The notes: generated by a model not told the origin, from the sequence alone. Counted from the whole stretch's first letter, positions 39,844-50,304 are shown. The stretch: 59,167 nt of DNA, filler included, from 8 parts of 8 records of this genome joined end to end with filler, not necessarily neighbours in it, one strand, 5' to 3'. Translations and numbers: made by a program.

Positions 39844-39913
39844 TCAAATAATTATCATTGCCGGCGCGGTATTTAACAGTAGCCGGTGAGAATGCCTGGA
39901 AGGAGGCGCGATC

Positions 39914-42310
39914 ATGCAGATGAGTCAGGAAGATATCAGGAGTAAACTGGTAGTTAAAGCTGTTAGGAACGTCAGGCGCGGATACCAGGAAGATGAAGCT
40001 GAGCGCGGCATGTACCGGGAAGGAATAAAGCTGGATCTGCAGCGGTCGAGGTACATGACCGAATCCTACAAGCAGACCGACGGCTTGCCCATGGTCATGC
40101 GACGGGCCCTGGCTTTTGAAAATGTATTGGAAAAAATGGATGTCTATATACAGGATTGGGAGAAAATTGTCGGCAGCAGTCTTTCCAATCCCCGGGGGTT
40201 GTATTTCGGCATAGACATGAACTGGCGCTCGGTCAAGCGCATTGTTCAGGGCAAGGAAGGCGTTTCCTTATTGGACGATGAAGGCCGCCGGGAACTTTCC
40301 GAGATGATAGAATACTGGAAGGGGTTTTCCATGAGCGACCGCCAGCAGAAAGCCTTCAGCGGCGACGTTCTAAAATATTGGATGTATGACGGTACGTTCC
40401 TATGGACCCACTGGTCGGAACTGGGCATCCCCAATTACGAAAAAATATTCAAAGTCGGCCTTGCCGGACTGATCAGGGAGGCGGAAGAAGGCCTGGCCTC
40501 GCTGGACAGGGAAGTCCCGGCCGATTATGTTGAGAAAAAGGAATTTCTGAATGCCGTAATCGTATCGCTTCGGGCCATGATAAAGTTCGCCCACAGATAC
40601 GCCGACCAGGCTGATAAAATGGCCGATGAAACCGATGACCCGGCCAACCGCACACACCTGAAAGAAATCGCGGCCGTGTGTCGTTATGTGCCTGAAAATC
40701 CCCCCAGGACGCTCCTTGAAGCCTTACAGTCCTTTTTCTTCATACACGTGGGTCGCTATCTTGAATATTCAACACTCGGAATAGGGGTTCGTTTTGACAA
40801 GGTATTCGGCCCGTACTACGAACAGGATGTACGCGACGGCCGTATTACTAGGGACGGGGCCCTGGAACTGCTTCAACTTCTCTGGGTAAAATTTCATGAG
40901 CTCGGCCTTGTATATTCCCCCATGTTGTCCGGCATTTACGGAGGCGTCGAATCCTTGCAGGCCATAACCATCGGCGGTGTGGACGATAACGGTCTGGACG
41001 TCACTAATGAAATGACCTACCTGGTGCTTGAAACCGGAAAGACTATGAAGACCCTCGAACCCAGCATCGCCCTGCGTTATCACGACGGCACGCCGGACGA
41101 ACTTCTTTCCGAGGCGGCCGATGTTATAAGAAGCGGTATCGGCTATCCTTCTCTTTTCAACGACAGGTCCATAATTTCCACTCTTGAAAACTGGAATGTT
41201 CCCGAAAATGATGCTCGCGACTATGCCATTACCGGTTGCGTGTACTTGGAAATTCCCGGTAAAAATGTGGCCCGGAGGGCTCTGGGCGGCTTTGTTCCGC
41301 CCAAGTGCCTGTGGTGGGCCCTGCGTCGGGGAATCCACCCTGAAAGCGGCGAACAATGGGGGGCGGAGACCCCTGATCCACGGACTTTTAAAACCGTGGA
41401 AGATGTAATGGGAGCATACTTTGAACAGGTCAGGTTTTTCTTTGACAAGCTTAACAGGATAGAAAAAACATGCCGGTCATTGTATGAAAAATACCTGCCC
41501 CGGCCTTTTTATTCAGCTGTTTTGGACGGCTGCATAGAAAAAGGCCTTGACTGCCGTAAGTGGGCCTATCCGTCCTCTGTCCATGATATCTGCATTATTG
41601 TCGGCATAACCAATGTGGCCGATTCAATAACCGCGATAAAAAAGGTTGTTTTTGATGACCAAAAAATAACCATGGAACAATTACTGGAAGCCCTGGAAGC
41701 CAACTGGGAAGGGTATGAAGAAATTCGCCGGATGATGATCAATGCCCCGAAATACGGAAATGACGACGACTATGCAGATGATATCGCGGTCAAGGTTCAT
41801 CATGGTACATCGGCTGTGCTGGCGGAATTCACCGACCGATTCGGAAATCCCTGCCGGGGGGACGGCAGCGGCGTTTCCGCCACTTACGGCTGCGCCTTTG
41901 ACACTCCGGCCACTCCCGACGGACGCTATGCGGGCGAACCTTTTGCCGATGCAACCCTGTCGCCTCTTCAAGGTATGGACAAAAAGGGGCCGACGGCCGT
42001 TCTTAAATCGGCTTCCAAAATCGACACGACAAAAACCTACAACCACCTCCTGAACCAAAAATTCATGCCGTCCAGCCTGGAAGGCGATATGAAGGATATA
42101 TTTGTCGGGTACCTTCGTTCATGGGGTGAACTTGATATAAGCCACATCCAGTTCAACGTCGTCGAACGGGAAACACTGATCGATGCCCAGGCCCATCCGG
42201 AAAAGCATCCGGACCTTATAGTCAGGGTGGCAGGATACAGCGCTTATTTCGCCGACCTGAGCAAGGGCTTGCAGGACTCCATTATCGCCCGGACAATCCA
42301 GGAATTCTAA
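39914..42310 (+). CDS. Glycyl radical enzyme (PFL2/GRE superfamily) of unassigned class
   Basis: Gly loop RVAGYSAYF (Gly774), Cys loop AITGCVY (Cys442), PKYGNDD, ATPDGR; RBS AGGAGG. Confidence 0.92.
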   Translation: MQMSQEDIRSKLVVKAVRNVRRGYQEDEAERGMYREGIKLDLQRSRYMTESYKQTDGLPMVMRRALAFENVLEKMDVYIQDWEKIVGSSLSNPRGLYFGIDMNWRSVKRIVQGKEGVSLLDDEGRRELSEMIEYWKGFSMSDRQQKAFSGDVLKYWMYDGTFLWTHWSELGIPNYEKIFKVGLAGLIREAEEGLASLDREVPADYVEKKEFLNAVIVSLRAMIKFAHRYADQADKMADETDDPANRTHLKEIAAVCRYVPENPPRTLLEALQSFFFIHVGRYLEYSTLGIGVRFDKVFGPYYEQDVRDGRITRDGALELLQLLWVKFHELGLVYSPMLSGIYGGVESLQAITIGGVDDNGLDVTNEMTYLVLETGKTMKTLEPSIALRYHDGTPDELLSEAADVIRSGIGYPSLFNDRSIISTLENWNVPENDARDYAITGCVYLEIPGKNVARRALGGFVPPKCLWWALRRGIHPESGEQWGAETPDPRTFKTVEDVMGAYFEQVRFFFDKLNRIEKTCRSLYEKYLPRPFYSAVLDGCIEKGLDCRKWAYPSSVHDICIIVGITNVADSITAIKKVVFDDQKITMEQLLEALEANWEGYEEIRRMMINAPKYGNDDDYADDIAVKVHHGTSAVLAEFTDRFGNPCRGDGSGVSATYGCAFDTPATPDGRYAGEPFADATLSPLQGMDKKGPTAVLKSASKIDTTKTYNHLLNQKFMPSSLEGDMKDIFVGYLRSWGELDISHIQFNVVERETLIDAQAHPEKHPDLIVRVAGYSAYFADLSKGLQDSIIARTIQEF

Positions 42311-42373
42311 TTCAAAATCAAAACTATGGGGGCGCGGTTGCGCTCGTTGCCGACAGGCCTATTGAGAAAAAAC

Positions 42374-43282
42374 ATGGCAAAAAACAAAGGTGTTATTTTT
42401 AATATCCAGCGATTCAGTACTCACGACGGCCCCGGAATAAGGACCACCATCTTTCTGAAGGGATGCCCGCTAAGGTGCTGGTGGTGTTCAAACCCGGAAT
42501 CTCAATCAGGCCGGCCGCAGCTCATGGTGCGCGATATCAAGTGCACGGGATGCCTTAAATGCATGGACGCCTGCCCGGAAAGCGCCATTATAATGACAGG
42601 CGACGGCGTCAGGATAATAAATTGGGACGTCTGCACTCAATGCCTCAAGTGCGTGGAGGCCTGTCTTTATGAATCTCTTTGCACTGCAGGCCGAATGGAG
42701 GATGTTGATTCCATTGTCGAAGAGGTTGTAAAGGACGAGGTTTTTTATCGAAATTCCGGCGGGGGCGTTACTGTTTCCGGCGGCGAACCCATGGCTCAAG
42801 TTGATTTCCTGGTCTCATTGCTCAAGGGGTTGAAAGAGCAGGGACTGCACGTCGCCCTGGACACAACAGGATATGCGCCCTGGGAAAAATATGAACTTGT
42901 TCTACCCATGGTGGATCTTGTCCTGTTTGACATCAAACACTTTGATCCCGCGCGTCACCTTGAATACACCGGCCTTGATAACAGGCTGATTCTGGAAAAC
43001 GGAAAGAAAATCGCAGGGCGGGTGAAAACCTGGCTGCGAATGCCTTTGATACCGGGAATTAATGATTCTGAAAAAATGATTGCAACCCTGGCTGATACTG
43101 CTCTTGACTGGGATGTGGAAAAAGTATCAATTCTTCCATATCACGAAGGCGGCAGGTCAAAGGCCGAGCAGGCGGGCATGAAATACCCGATGCCGGAAGT
43201 TACTCCTCCGGATGATGATCGCCTGGAGGAAATTACAAATGTAATGGCAAAGGCCGGAGTAACCGTTTCAGTTCGTCATTAG
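42374..43282 (+). CDS. Glycyl radical activating enzyme (radical SAM) with 2x[4Fe-4S] insert
   Basis: IQRFSTHDGPGIRT, GCPLRCWWCSNPES, CTGCLKCMDACP, CTQCLKCVEAC, SGGEP. Confidence 0.95.
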   Translation: MAKNKGVIFNIQRFSTHDGPGIRTTIFLKGCPLRCWWCSNPESQSGRPQLMVRDIKCTGCLKCMDACPESAIIMTGDGVRIINWDVCTQCLKCVEACLYESLCTAGRMEDVDSIVEEVVKDEVFYRNSGGGVTVSGGEPMAQVDFLVSLLKGLKEQGLHVALDTTGYAPWEKYELVLPMVDLVLFDIKHFDPARHLEYTGLDNRLILENGKKIAGRVKTWLRMPLIPGINDSEKMIATLADTALDWDVEKVSILPYHEGGRSKAEQAGMKYPMPEVTPPDDDRLEEITNVMAKAGVTVSVRH

Positions 43283-43606
43283 CGGGAAATGCGTCCCCTA
43301 TAAAAGACAGGAAATCAAGGGGATAATTTATCAACGCTTCCGAAATCCCTCTCAGGTCATATATATTTTCTTGACCGGAAGGTTAATATCCTTCAATATA
43401 GGGCCTTCCGAATACTTTAGTTTTTACATCAGAGAAATCGTTATTTTAATGCCGGTCCCGCCGGGAGCTTCGGGAGGGACCGGCACGAAAATAATCAGTT
43501 TAATCTCAAATGTCGGGGAAAAGGAAGCTAAGCGACGAAGCCCGCCTTCCCCGAATGTTTGTGCTTAAAACAGACGCTCAAATGGAAAATCAAAGGAGGC
43601 AGATTA

Positions 43607-45205
43607 ATGTCGAATAGCGCATTAGGTTTAAGGGAACATGAAATTAAAAATCCGACCGCCAATCTTCTGGGGCAGTTTTTGCGACGTTCCGCGGACAGGT
43701 TTCCGAACCGGACGGCGATTAAATACGAGGACAGGGAATTTACTTACCGGGAATTCAACGCCCGGGTTAATCGTCTGGCTAACGGTCTGCTTAAACTGGG
43801 CGTGCAAAAGGGAGATGCAATTTCCATTTTCGGCCACAATTCCGACACGTGGATTGAAGTCGCCATTGCAACCCTGAAAATCGGCGCGGCCGGCGTTCCA
43901 GTAAACTTTCGCCTGGTAGGCCCGGAACTGGAATATATAGTTAATTTCAGCGAATCCGCAGTGCTGTTCATTGATGAGGGGCTCCTTGACACTATTGCCG
44001 ATATAAGGCCCAACCTTAATGTAAAACATATCATTGTCATGCGGGGGGCGGCGCCGGAAGGCATGCTAAGCTACGATGAAGTATTTGAGTCCGGAACCGA
44101 GGAAGAGCCGGATGTCGATGTAGTGGAAACCGATGTCTCCTTCATGGCCCAAACCAGCGGGACCACGGGCCGGCCCAAGTTTGTCATCCACACGCATCGT
44201 TCCACGGGCGAGATTGTGCGTAATGTAGCCTTTGCCCATGGTTACCGTGAAGACGACAGGGTGCTGATGCTGTTGCCGGCTTATAGTTCCGCCGCGGCAG
44301 GGTATGACTGGGGGCCCACTTTCTGGCATGGAGGAACCCTGGTAGTCTCGCCCCTGCCGCCGTTTAATCCTGTTGATGTTTTGCAACTGGTGAATAAGGA
44401 AAAGATCAACAGACTGGTCATGGCCCCGATCATGCTTGACGCAATATTGTATTTTGTGCCGGACGAAGTAAAACAGAGCATCGATGTAAGTTCGGTAAAA
44501 ACGATTATCAGCGTGGGCGCCCCGACTGAACCTCATACCAGGGAAGCAGCCGTCAAGTATTTCGGCGAAGTCCTTTATACAGATTATTCCGCTTCGGAAC
44601 TTGGACTGGGGACGGTGCTCAAACCGGATGAAGTACTGAAATACGCCAAGAGCAGCGGCCGGGTAGCAGTTGGCATGGAATTAAAACTGGTGGATAACGA
44701 AGGTAATGAAGTTCCCCAGGGAGAAGTCGGAGAAATCGTGGCCGGCGGAACAATGGTGTCGCACGGGTATTTAAAGAATCCCGAAGCCACCAAGGCCGCC
44801 ACGTTCGGCCGGTACATGGGATTGGGCGACATGGCCTACATGGATGAAGAAGGTTATATTTATGTCGTGGATCGGAAATCCGACATGATCGTCAGCGGCG
44901 GCATGAACATTTATCCTGCTGAAATAGAAGCGGTCATGGTCGATCATCCGGCTATTGCCGAAGTCGCTGTAATCGGGGCGCCCGACGAAAAATGGGGACA
45001 GTCGGTCAAGGCCCTCATCATAAAAGCTCCCGGCGCCGAAGTTTCCGGAGATGAGATTATTGAATGGTGCAAAGGTAAAATGGCCGGGTACCGTGTTCCG
45101 CGGTCAGTCGACTTTTTGACCGAATTCCCGAAAACTCCAACCGGAAAAGTTCAGAAAAAAATATTACGGGAAAAGTATTGGGAGGGGCATGAACGTAAAA
45201 TCTAG
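43607..45205 (+). CDS. AMP-forming acyl/aryl-CoA ligase
   Basis: TSGTTGRPK, GDMAYMDEEG, DRKSDMIVSGGMNIYPAEIE, PKTPTGKV. RBS AAGGAGG before ATG 43607. Confidence 0.92.
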   Translation: MSNSALGLREHEIKNPTANLLGQFLRRSADRFPNRTAIKYEDREFTYREFNARVNRLANGLLKLGVQKGDAISIFGHNSDTWIEVAIATLKIGAAGVPVNFRLVGPELEYIVNFSESAVLFIDEGLLDTIADIRPNLNVKHIIVMRGAAPEGMLSYDEVFESGTEEEPDVDVVETDVSFMAQTSGTTGRPKFVIHTHRSTGEIVRNVAFAHGYREDDRVLMLLPAYSSAAAGYDWGPTFWHGGTLVVSPLPPFNPVDVLQLVNKEKINRLVMAPIMLDAILYFVPDEVKQSIDVSSVKTIISVGAPTEPHTREAAVKYFGEVLYTDYSASELGLGTVLKPDEVLKYAKSSGRVAVGMELKLVDNEGNEVPQGEVGEIVAGGTMVSHGYLKNPEATKAATFGRYMGLGDMAYMDEEGYIYVVDRKSDMIVSGGMNIYPAEIEAVMVDHPAIAEVAVIGAPDEKWGQSVKALIIKAPGAEVSGDEIIEWCKGKMAGYRVPRSVDFLTEFPKTPTGKVQKKILREKYWEGHERKI

Positions 45206-45230
45206 TTTAAAGCGTTAACCAATATGCAGC

Positions 45231-45270
45231 AGCCTGGAGTCGCGGCTTGACCAGACCGCGAATCCGGGCT
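45231..45270. terminator. Hairpin between convergent ligase and sulfatase genes
   Basis: AGCCTGGAGTCGCGG...CCGCGAATCCGGGCT imperfect stem; no clear U-tract. Confidence 0.45.
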
Positions 45271-45304
45271 AATTCATAAGTTAAGCCACCGGTTCCGCCG
45301 GTCG

Positions 45305-46310
45305 TTATTGATTCTTTTTACGAAGTTCCTCCAGCCTGATTTTTAATGCCGCAGCGGTCTGCTTTCCTTCGGGCGTATTGATCAGATTATTCTTTTCGCC
45401 GGGATCGTTTTTCAAATCAAACAGCCAGGGCGGACGCCCCTTTTCAAATTCTATATATTTATACCTGTTGGTGCGAACCCCGAAATATGTGGGCGTGTTC
45501 TCGGGAAAATACCGCCAGAATTCAAGAAGAAAATCATCACGGCCTTTTTCTTCCTTATTGCGTAAAACAGGTAATAGGCTTTCTCCATCCATATCGTCCG
45601 GAACCGGCGCACCGGCCGCTTCCAGCAGAGTCGGTCCGATATCGATATTAAGCGCCATTTGAGTTCGCCTCGTTCCCGGATCGGATATCAGGCCGGGCGC
45701 CCGCACAATAAAAGGCAGTTTTATGGATTCTTCGTAAGGCTCTCTTATGCCGTGGCAGTCGTGTGTTCCCCATTGCATGCCGTTGTCGCCCATATAAATT
45801 ACAATGGTGTTTTCCTTCAAGCCCGCTTCGTCGATTTTATCCAGCAGACGTTCAATATCCCGGTCCATGGCCGTTATTGTTTCGCAGTATTTTCTATACT
45901 GGTCGTAATAGGAACCCATCATAATCCCTTGGAAAACATTGCCCTTTGTCTTGCCGTACCACCAGGGATCCACGTTTGGGGGTAAAACGTTTTTAACATC
46001 CGCGCTGTTATACATACCTTTGACGCCCGGCGGCGCTTTAAATGGAGGATGGCCCGGCCTGTGAGCCAGGTAAATGCAAAACGGCTTCCTTTCAGCTTCC
46101 GGCTTTTCCGCCGTCTCAAGCATGAATTCAATGGCGTAATCGGTAATTTCTTCGGTAATGTACGGCTTACGCGAAGGGACCTCGCGGCCGTTGACAATCA
46201 TCGGGCAGTTAAAATACGCCCCCTGGCCTTCACGGTAAGTATAAGATACAAAAAGATCCAGGAAAGGCATGTCCGGCAGTCCTTTACCCGGCATATGCCA
46301 TTTGCCGATA
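45305..46310 (-). CDS. Sulfatase (N-acetylglucosamine-6-sulfatase-like), 5' truncated
   Basis: GKWHM at the contig edge, NTIVIYMGDNG, YEESIKLPFIVR, NIDIGPTLL, LFDLKNDPGEKNNL. Confidence 0.85.
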
Positions 46311-46410
46311 NNNNNNNNNNNNNNNNNNNNNNNNNNNNNNNNNNNNNNNNNNNNTTAATTAATTAANNNNNNNNNNNNNNNNNNNNNNNNNNNNNNNNNN
46401 NNNNNNNNNN
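46311..46410. other. Artificial contig spacer
   Basis: N44-TTAATTAATTAA-N44. Confidence 0.98.
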
Positions 46411-46582
46411 CTTCTTTTAAAAAATCAACTTCAATAATTTCTACTTTATCCAGCAGGTTTTTATGAAGGTTTAACCTGTTCTTTTCGCGTACACAACAAA
46501 TTACTTCATGCCCTTTTTCTATAAGTACAGGAAGCAGTCTTTTTCCAACATATCCGGTTACACCTGTTAAAAGTATCCTCAT
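46411..46582 (-). CDS. NAD(P)-binding SDR/epimerase family protein, 5' fragment
   Basis: MRILLTGVTGYVGKRLL Rossmann motif. Confidence 0.8.
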
Positions 46583-46875
46583 AATCAATAATTTCAACTA
46601 AGAAAACAAATGAAAGTTAACAAAGTTTTTTTAGCATTTTTTTAAAAATGGGTTTATTGAAATTAATTGTATTTAATGCGTTTTAAATTCACTCTGATTC
46701 GTTAGGCAACTAATCGTCCCTCTCTTCGAGAAGAGATGGAATGAGGGAGAGTTCTGGAACCATAAAATAAGTCAAATTGTATAATTTCCGATAGTAAGTT
46801 TTTTAAAGTGATTAAAATTCTTTTTCACTTCTGTTACTTTATTTATTTTCGTGAACCAATTAAGAAAAATATACC

Positions 46876-49008
46876 ATGCGAAAATTAGTTATACTTTTTT
46901 TACTGATAACACAAATCACTTTTGGTCAGCAAAAACAAATGACCCTTGAAGATGCAATTCTTGGGCGTTACAATGGTTTAGCCCCGGAATCGTTAAATGG
47001 GCTTTCATGGAAAAACAATAACACTTTTACCTTTCTGAAAAATGATACACTTTGGGAGGAGTCGACAAAAAAAGGAACACAATCACCTTTAATTTGCCTT
47101 AACGAGTTAAACGAGATATTGAAAAAAGAAAGTAACTCCGGATTTAGAATATTTCCACCTTTTTCTTTCTTGAATGAAACTGAAATGTTGATTTCCGGTG
47201 GATTAAAGTTCTTTGTTGTAGACCTTTTGGAAAAGAAGGTTCACTATAAATTTCTTTTACCCAACGGTGCCGAAAATGCGGTTTTTAATGACCCCGGGAA
47301 ATTTATGGCTTATACAATTGAGAATAATTTGTACGCTGTTTTTTCGAATGGTAAAGAAGTACAAATTACCAACGACGGCGGAAACGGAATTGTAAACGGA
47401 AAGTCTGTTCACCGGAATGAATTTGGAATTTCCGGTGGTATTTTTAATTCACCCAAAGGGAATTATATTGCTTTTTACAGGAAAGATGAAAGTATGGTTC
47501 ACGATTATCCATTGGTCGATTTTATGACGCGCGAAGCTGAATATACACCGGTAAAATATCCGATGGCAGGAATGACCAGCGAGCAGGTAAAACTGGGTAT
47601 TTACAACATTGAAACAGAAGAAACAATTTTCCTTAAAACAGGTGAGCCTCTCGACCATTATCTTACAAATGTTGCCTGGTCGCCCGACGAAAAAAATATT
47701 TATCTGGCTGAATTAAACCGCGAACAAAATCACATGCAATTGAATTGCTACGATGTGGCATCGGGTAAAAAAGTAAAAACACTTTTTGAAGAGAAAGACG
47801 AAAAATATGTTGAGCCGCTTTTCCCCATTCAGTTTTCAAAAGTGAAGGAAAATGAGTTTTATGAATTAAGCAGAAAAGATGGTTGGTTTCATATTTATAA
47901 ATACAATACCGATGGAAACTTGATTCAGCAAATTACAAAAGGGGAGTGGGAAGTAACCCGTATTTTAGGTTTCGACGAAAAAGAAAAAAATGTTTTTGTG
48001 GAAGCAACAAAAGAGAGTCCGCTGGAAAGCCACATTTATAAAGTGGAAATAAAATCGGGGAAAACAGAAAAACTGACTACCGGTGAAGGTGTTCACAGTG
48101 GTTTGTTAAGTCAGGGAGGAGATTATTTGCTCGATAACTGGAACGGACCAGAAATTCCTTCAAAAACGGAATTAATTTCTACCAACGGAAAAAATAATAG
48201 AAATTTATTTACTTCGAAAGATCCTTTTGCAAAATATCAATTGGGAGAAAATAAGCTGGTTCCAATTCTTTCGGCCGATGGAAAAACGGAACTGGCAGGC
48301 CGTTTGATTTTGCCTGTGAATTTCGATCCTGCAAAAAAATATCCGGTTATAGTTTATGTTTATGGCGGGCCACACTCGCAGCTGGTAAATAAAAGCTGGC
48401 AAAACCAGGCTCGCTGGTGGCAGTATTTTATGGCATCGCAAGGATTTATTGCATTTACCATGGACAATCGCGGCACATTAAATCGGGGTCGCGATTTTGA
48501 AACAGCGGTTCATCGTCAGCTTGGAATTTTAGAAACCGAAGATCAGATGAAAGGAATAGATTATCTGAAATCGCTTGCGTTTGTTGATACCGAAAGAATT
48601 GGTCTACACGGCTGGAGTTACGGCGGTTTTATGACAATGAATTTAATGCTCCGCCATCCCGACGTATTTAAAGTAGGTGTGGCCGGCGGACCGGTGGTCG
48701 ACTGGAGTATGTACGAAATTATGTACGGCGAAAGATATATGGACACGCCACAGGAAAATCTGGATGGTTTTCGCGAAACAAATATGGTAAATCATATTTC
48801 AAAATTAAATGGAAAACTAATGTTAATTCATGGTGTTCAGGACGAAACTGTGGTTATGCAACATAGCATGAAATTTTTGCGTGAATGTGTAGTTCAGGGA
48901 AAACAGGTCGATTTTTTTGTTTATCCAACACACCCGCACAATGTTCGCGGAAAAGACCGGGTTCATCTGATGCAAAAAGTAAGCGACTATTTTTTCGGGA
49001 ATTTATAA
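46876..49008 (+). CDS. Dipeptidyl/tripeptidyl peptidase IV family (S9B)
   Basis: YPMAG, VYGGP, GWSYGG, IHGVQDETV, HPHNV; signal peptide. Confidence 0.93.
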   Translation: MRKLVILFLLITQITFGQQKQMTLEDAILGRYNGLAPESLNGLSWKNNNTFTFLKNDTLWEESTKKGTQSPLICLNELNEILKKESNSGFRIFPPFSFLNETEMLISGGLKFFVVDLLEKKVHYKFLLPNGAENAVFNDPGKFMAYTIENNLYAVFSNGKEVQITNDGGNGIVNGKSVHRNEFGISGGIFNSPKGNYIAFYRKDESMVHDYPLVDFMTREAEYTPVKYPMAGMTSEQVKLGIYNIETEETIFLKTGEPLDHYLTNVAWSPDEKNIYLAELNREQNHMQLNCYDVASGKKVKTLFEEKDEKYVEPLFPIQFSKVKENEFYELSRKDGWFHIYKYNTDGNLIQQITKGEWEVTRILGFDEKEKNVFVEATKESPLESHIYKVEIKSGKTEKLTTGEGVHSGLLSQGGDYLLDNWNGPEIPSKTELISTNGKNNRNLFTSKDPFAKYQLGENKLVPILSADGKTELAGRLILPVNFDPAKKYPVIVYVYGGPHSQLVNKSWQNQARWWQYFMASQGFIAFTMDNRGTLNRGRDFETAVHRQLGILETEDQMKGIDYLKSLAFVDTERIGLHGWSYGGFMTMNLMLRHPDVFKVGVAGGPVVDWSMYEIMYGERYMDTPQENLDGFRETNMVNHISKLNGKLMLIHGVQDETVVMQHSMKFLRECVVQGKQVDFFVYPTHPHNVRGKDRVHLMQKVSDYFFGNL

Positions 49009-49382
49009 GATGGCAGTTCAGGATCGGTGGTTTTTAACCGCCGTTTTTTATGTTTGGATTTCATTTCGCCTAAATATTTCCTCTTCTTATCTTGGCGGTT
49101 TTAGTGTATTTAATGAATAAAAGATTACAAAGAATTGGTTTTAACGCAACCTTTTTGTATTTTTTCAACTTAACCGTATAACCTCTTAAATCAATTAGAA
49201 TGAAACGAGCCCCATGAACCATTTCAATAATTTTCATGAACATACAAAATCGTAGTTTCGGACGAAATAGCGAAAAGTAATTTTAATGAACCATTAATGA
49301 AACTCAAACTACTTACTAGTTGAAAGTTATTATTATCAACTTTTATCTGTAATTATTCTATTTAATTTAATAAAAAATTTAA

Positions 49383-49664
49383 ATGAGAAAGAGTAAAAGA
49401 AATATTCCTGTTTTTTTATGTGTAATGCTATGTTTTTTTTCAACAGGTTTTAAAACGGCAACTGCACAAAACAGAAACTGGCCCTCCGATCTTAATAAGT
49501 ATGAAATTGCAATTGATTTACAAAAGTTTTTTTCTGATGGATACCCCGACAAGGTTTTGTTTAAGATAAATAATCTTAAAGAAAACAAAATTAAAGGGGC
49601 ATACAGATTTGGGATAGATGCATCGTTTTTCTTAGAGATGGAATCCTTAATTTCTATTCCATAA
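49383..49664 (+). pseudogene. Exported protein N-terminus, apparently truncated at a REP-like sequence
   Basis: Signal peptide ending ATA-Q and beta-strand-like start; the ORF runs into AGATGGAATCC (LEMES) and ends inside the 3' end of the convergent transposase. Confidence 0.4.
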
Positions 49665-50304
49665 TTGCAGCTTCCTTTTCTTCGTGCATAACACCATGAT
49701 AATTCAAAAAACTTTCTTCTCCTTCAAATATTTCGAAAACCAGATTCTTATTAATTTTTGTTTTAACATTTTTGTAAAATGCCGAATAAGAACTGAATTT
49801 ATAATCTCTGAAATTATCGATAATCTTATGTTTTTCAGGATTGTAATGCGTGTAAAATATGGAATAAAGCAGATATTCATTTTCAGTAATTTCCAGACGT
49901 TTAAAATTCTTATCGAATAAACTGCCAGTGCGGTTTTCCTGTTTGTTAATAGCCATTGGATAAGTAATAAACATCCGTCGAAACTGGTTACTTACGTATT
50001 GCCCGATTTTTTCATCATTTGTATTTTCAAAGGATTCCATCTTTTTTTTAGAGATGGAATCCATGTTTTTTTCAACAGGAAAACTTCTGATTATATCATT
50101 AACTTTTATCACTAAATGAAAATGATTTGGTAAAAGACAATAAGCCAGAACGGAGATATATTCAGACAAGAATTTGTCTAATAGTTGCATAAAATAGAAA
50201 TAATTGTTTTCTGCAAAAAAAATGTTCTGACGATTAATTCCACGATTAAATATGTGATAATAATTACTGCCTAAGATGGGTGTTATAATTTTTTTTGAGG
50301 GCAT
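49654..50304 (-). CDS. REP-associated tyrosine transposase (RAYT, Y1/HUH)
   Basis: YYHIFNRGINRQNIF, YCLLPNHFHL, RTGSLF...FKR, YTHYNPEKH, YKFSSY. Confidence 0.9.
   Translation of the reverse strand: MPSKKIITPILGSNYYHIFNRGINRQNIFFAENNYFYFMQLLDKFLSEYISVLAYCLLPNHFHLVIKVNDIIRSFPVEKNMDSISKKKMESFENTNDEKIGQYVSNQFRRMFITYPMAINKQENRTGSLFDKNFKRLEITENEYLLYSIFYTHYNPEKHKIIDNFRDYKFSSYSAFYKNVKTKINKNLVFEIFEGEESFLNYHGVMHEEKEAAIME
50032..50062. repeat. REP-like palindrome inside the RAYT coding sequence
   Basis: GGATTCCATCT-N9-AGATGGAATCC (11-bp perfect stem); the right arm recurs at 49636-49646. Confidence 0.7.

Noticed and set aside
39914-42310. Calling the GRE pyruvate formate-lyase or benzyl/alkylsuccinate synthase
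   Set aside because: It lacks the CC pair of PFL, and lacks the CMSP-type loop and small-subunit genes of fumarate-adding enzymes.
46718-46750. TCTCTTC-GA-GAAGAGA hairpin containing AGAGATGGAAT, similar to the RAYT REP arm
   Set aside because: The matching left arm is absent. It is more likely a decayed unrelated palindrome or a chance match.
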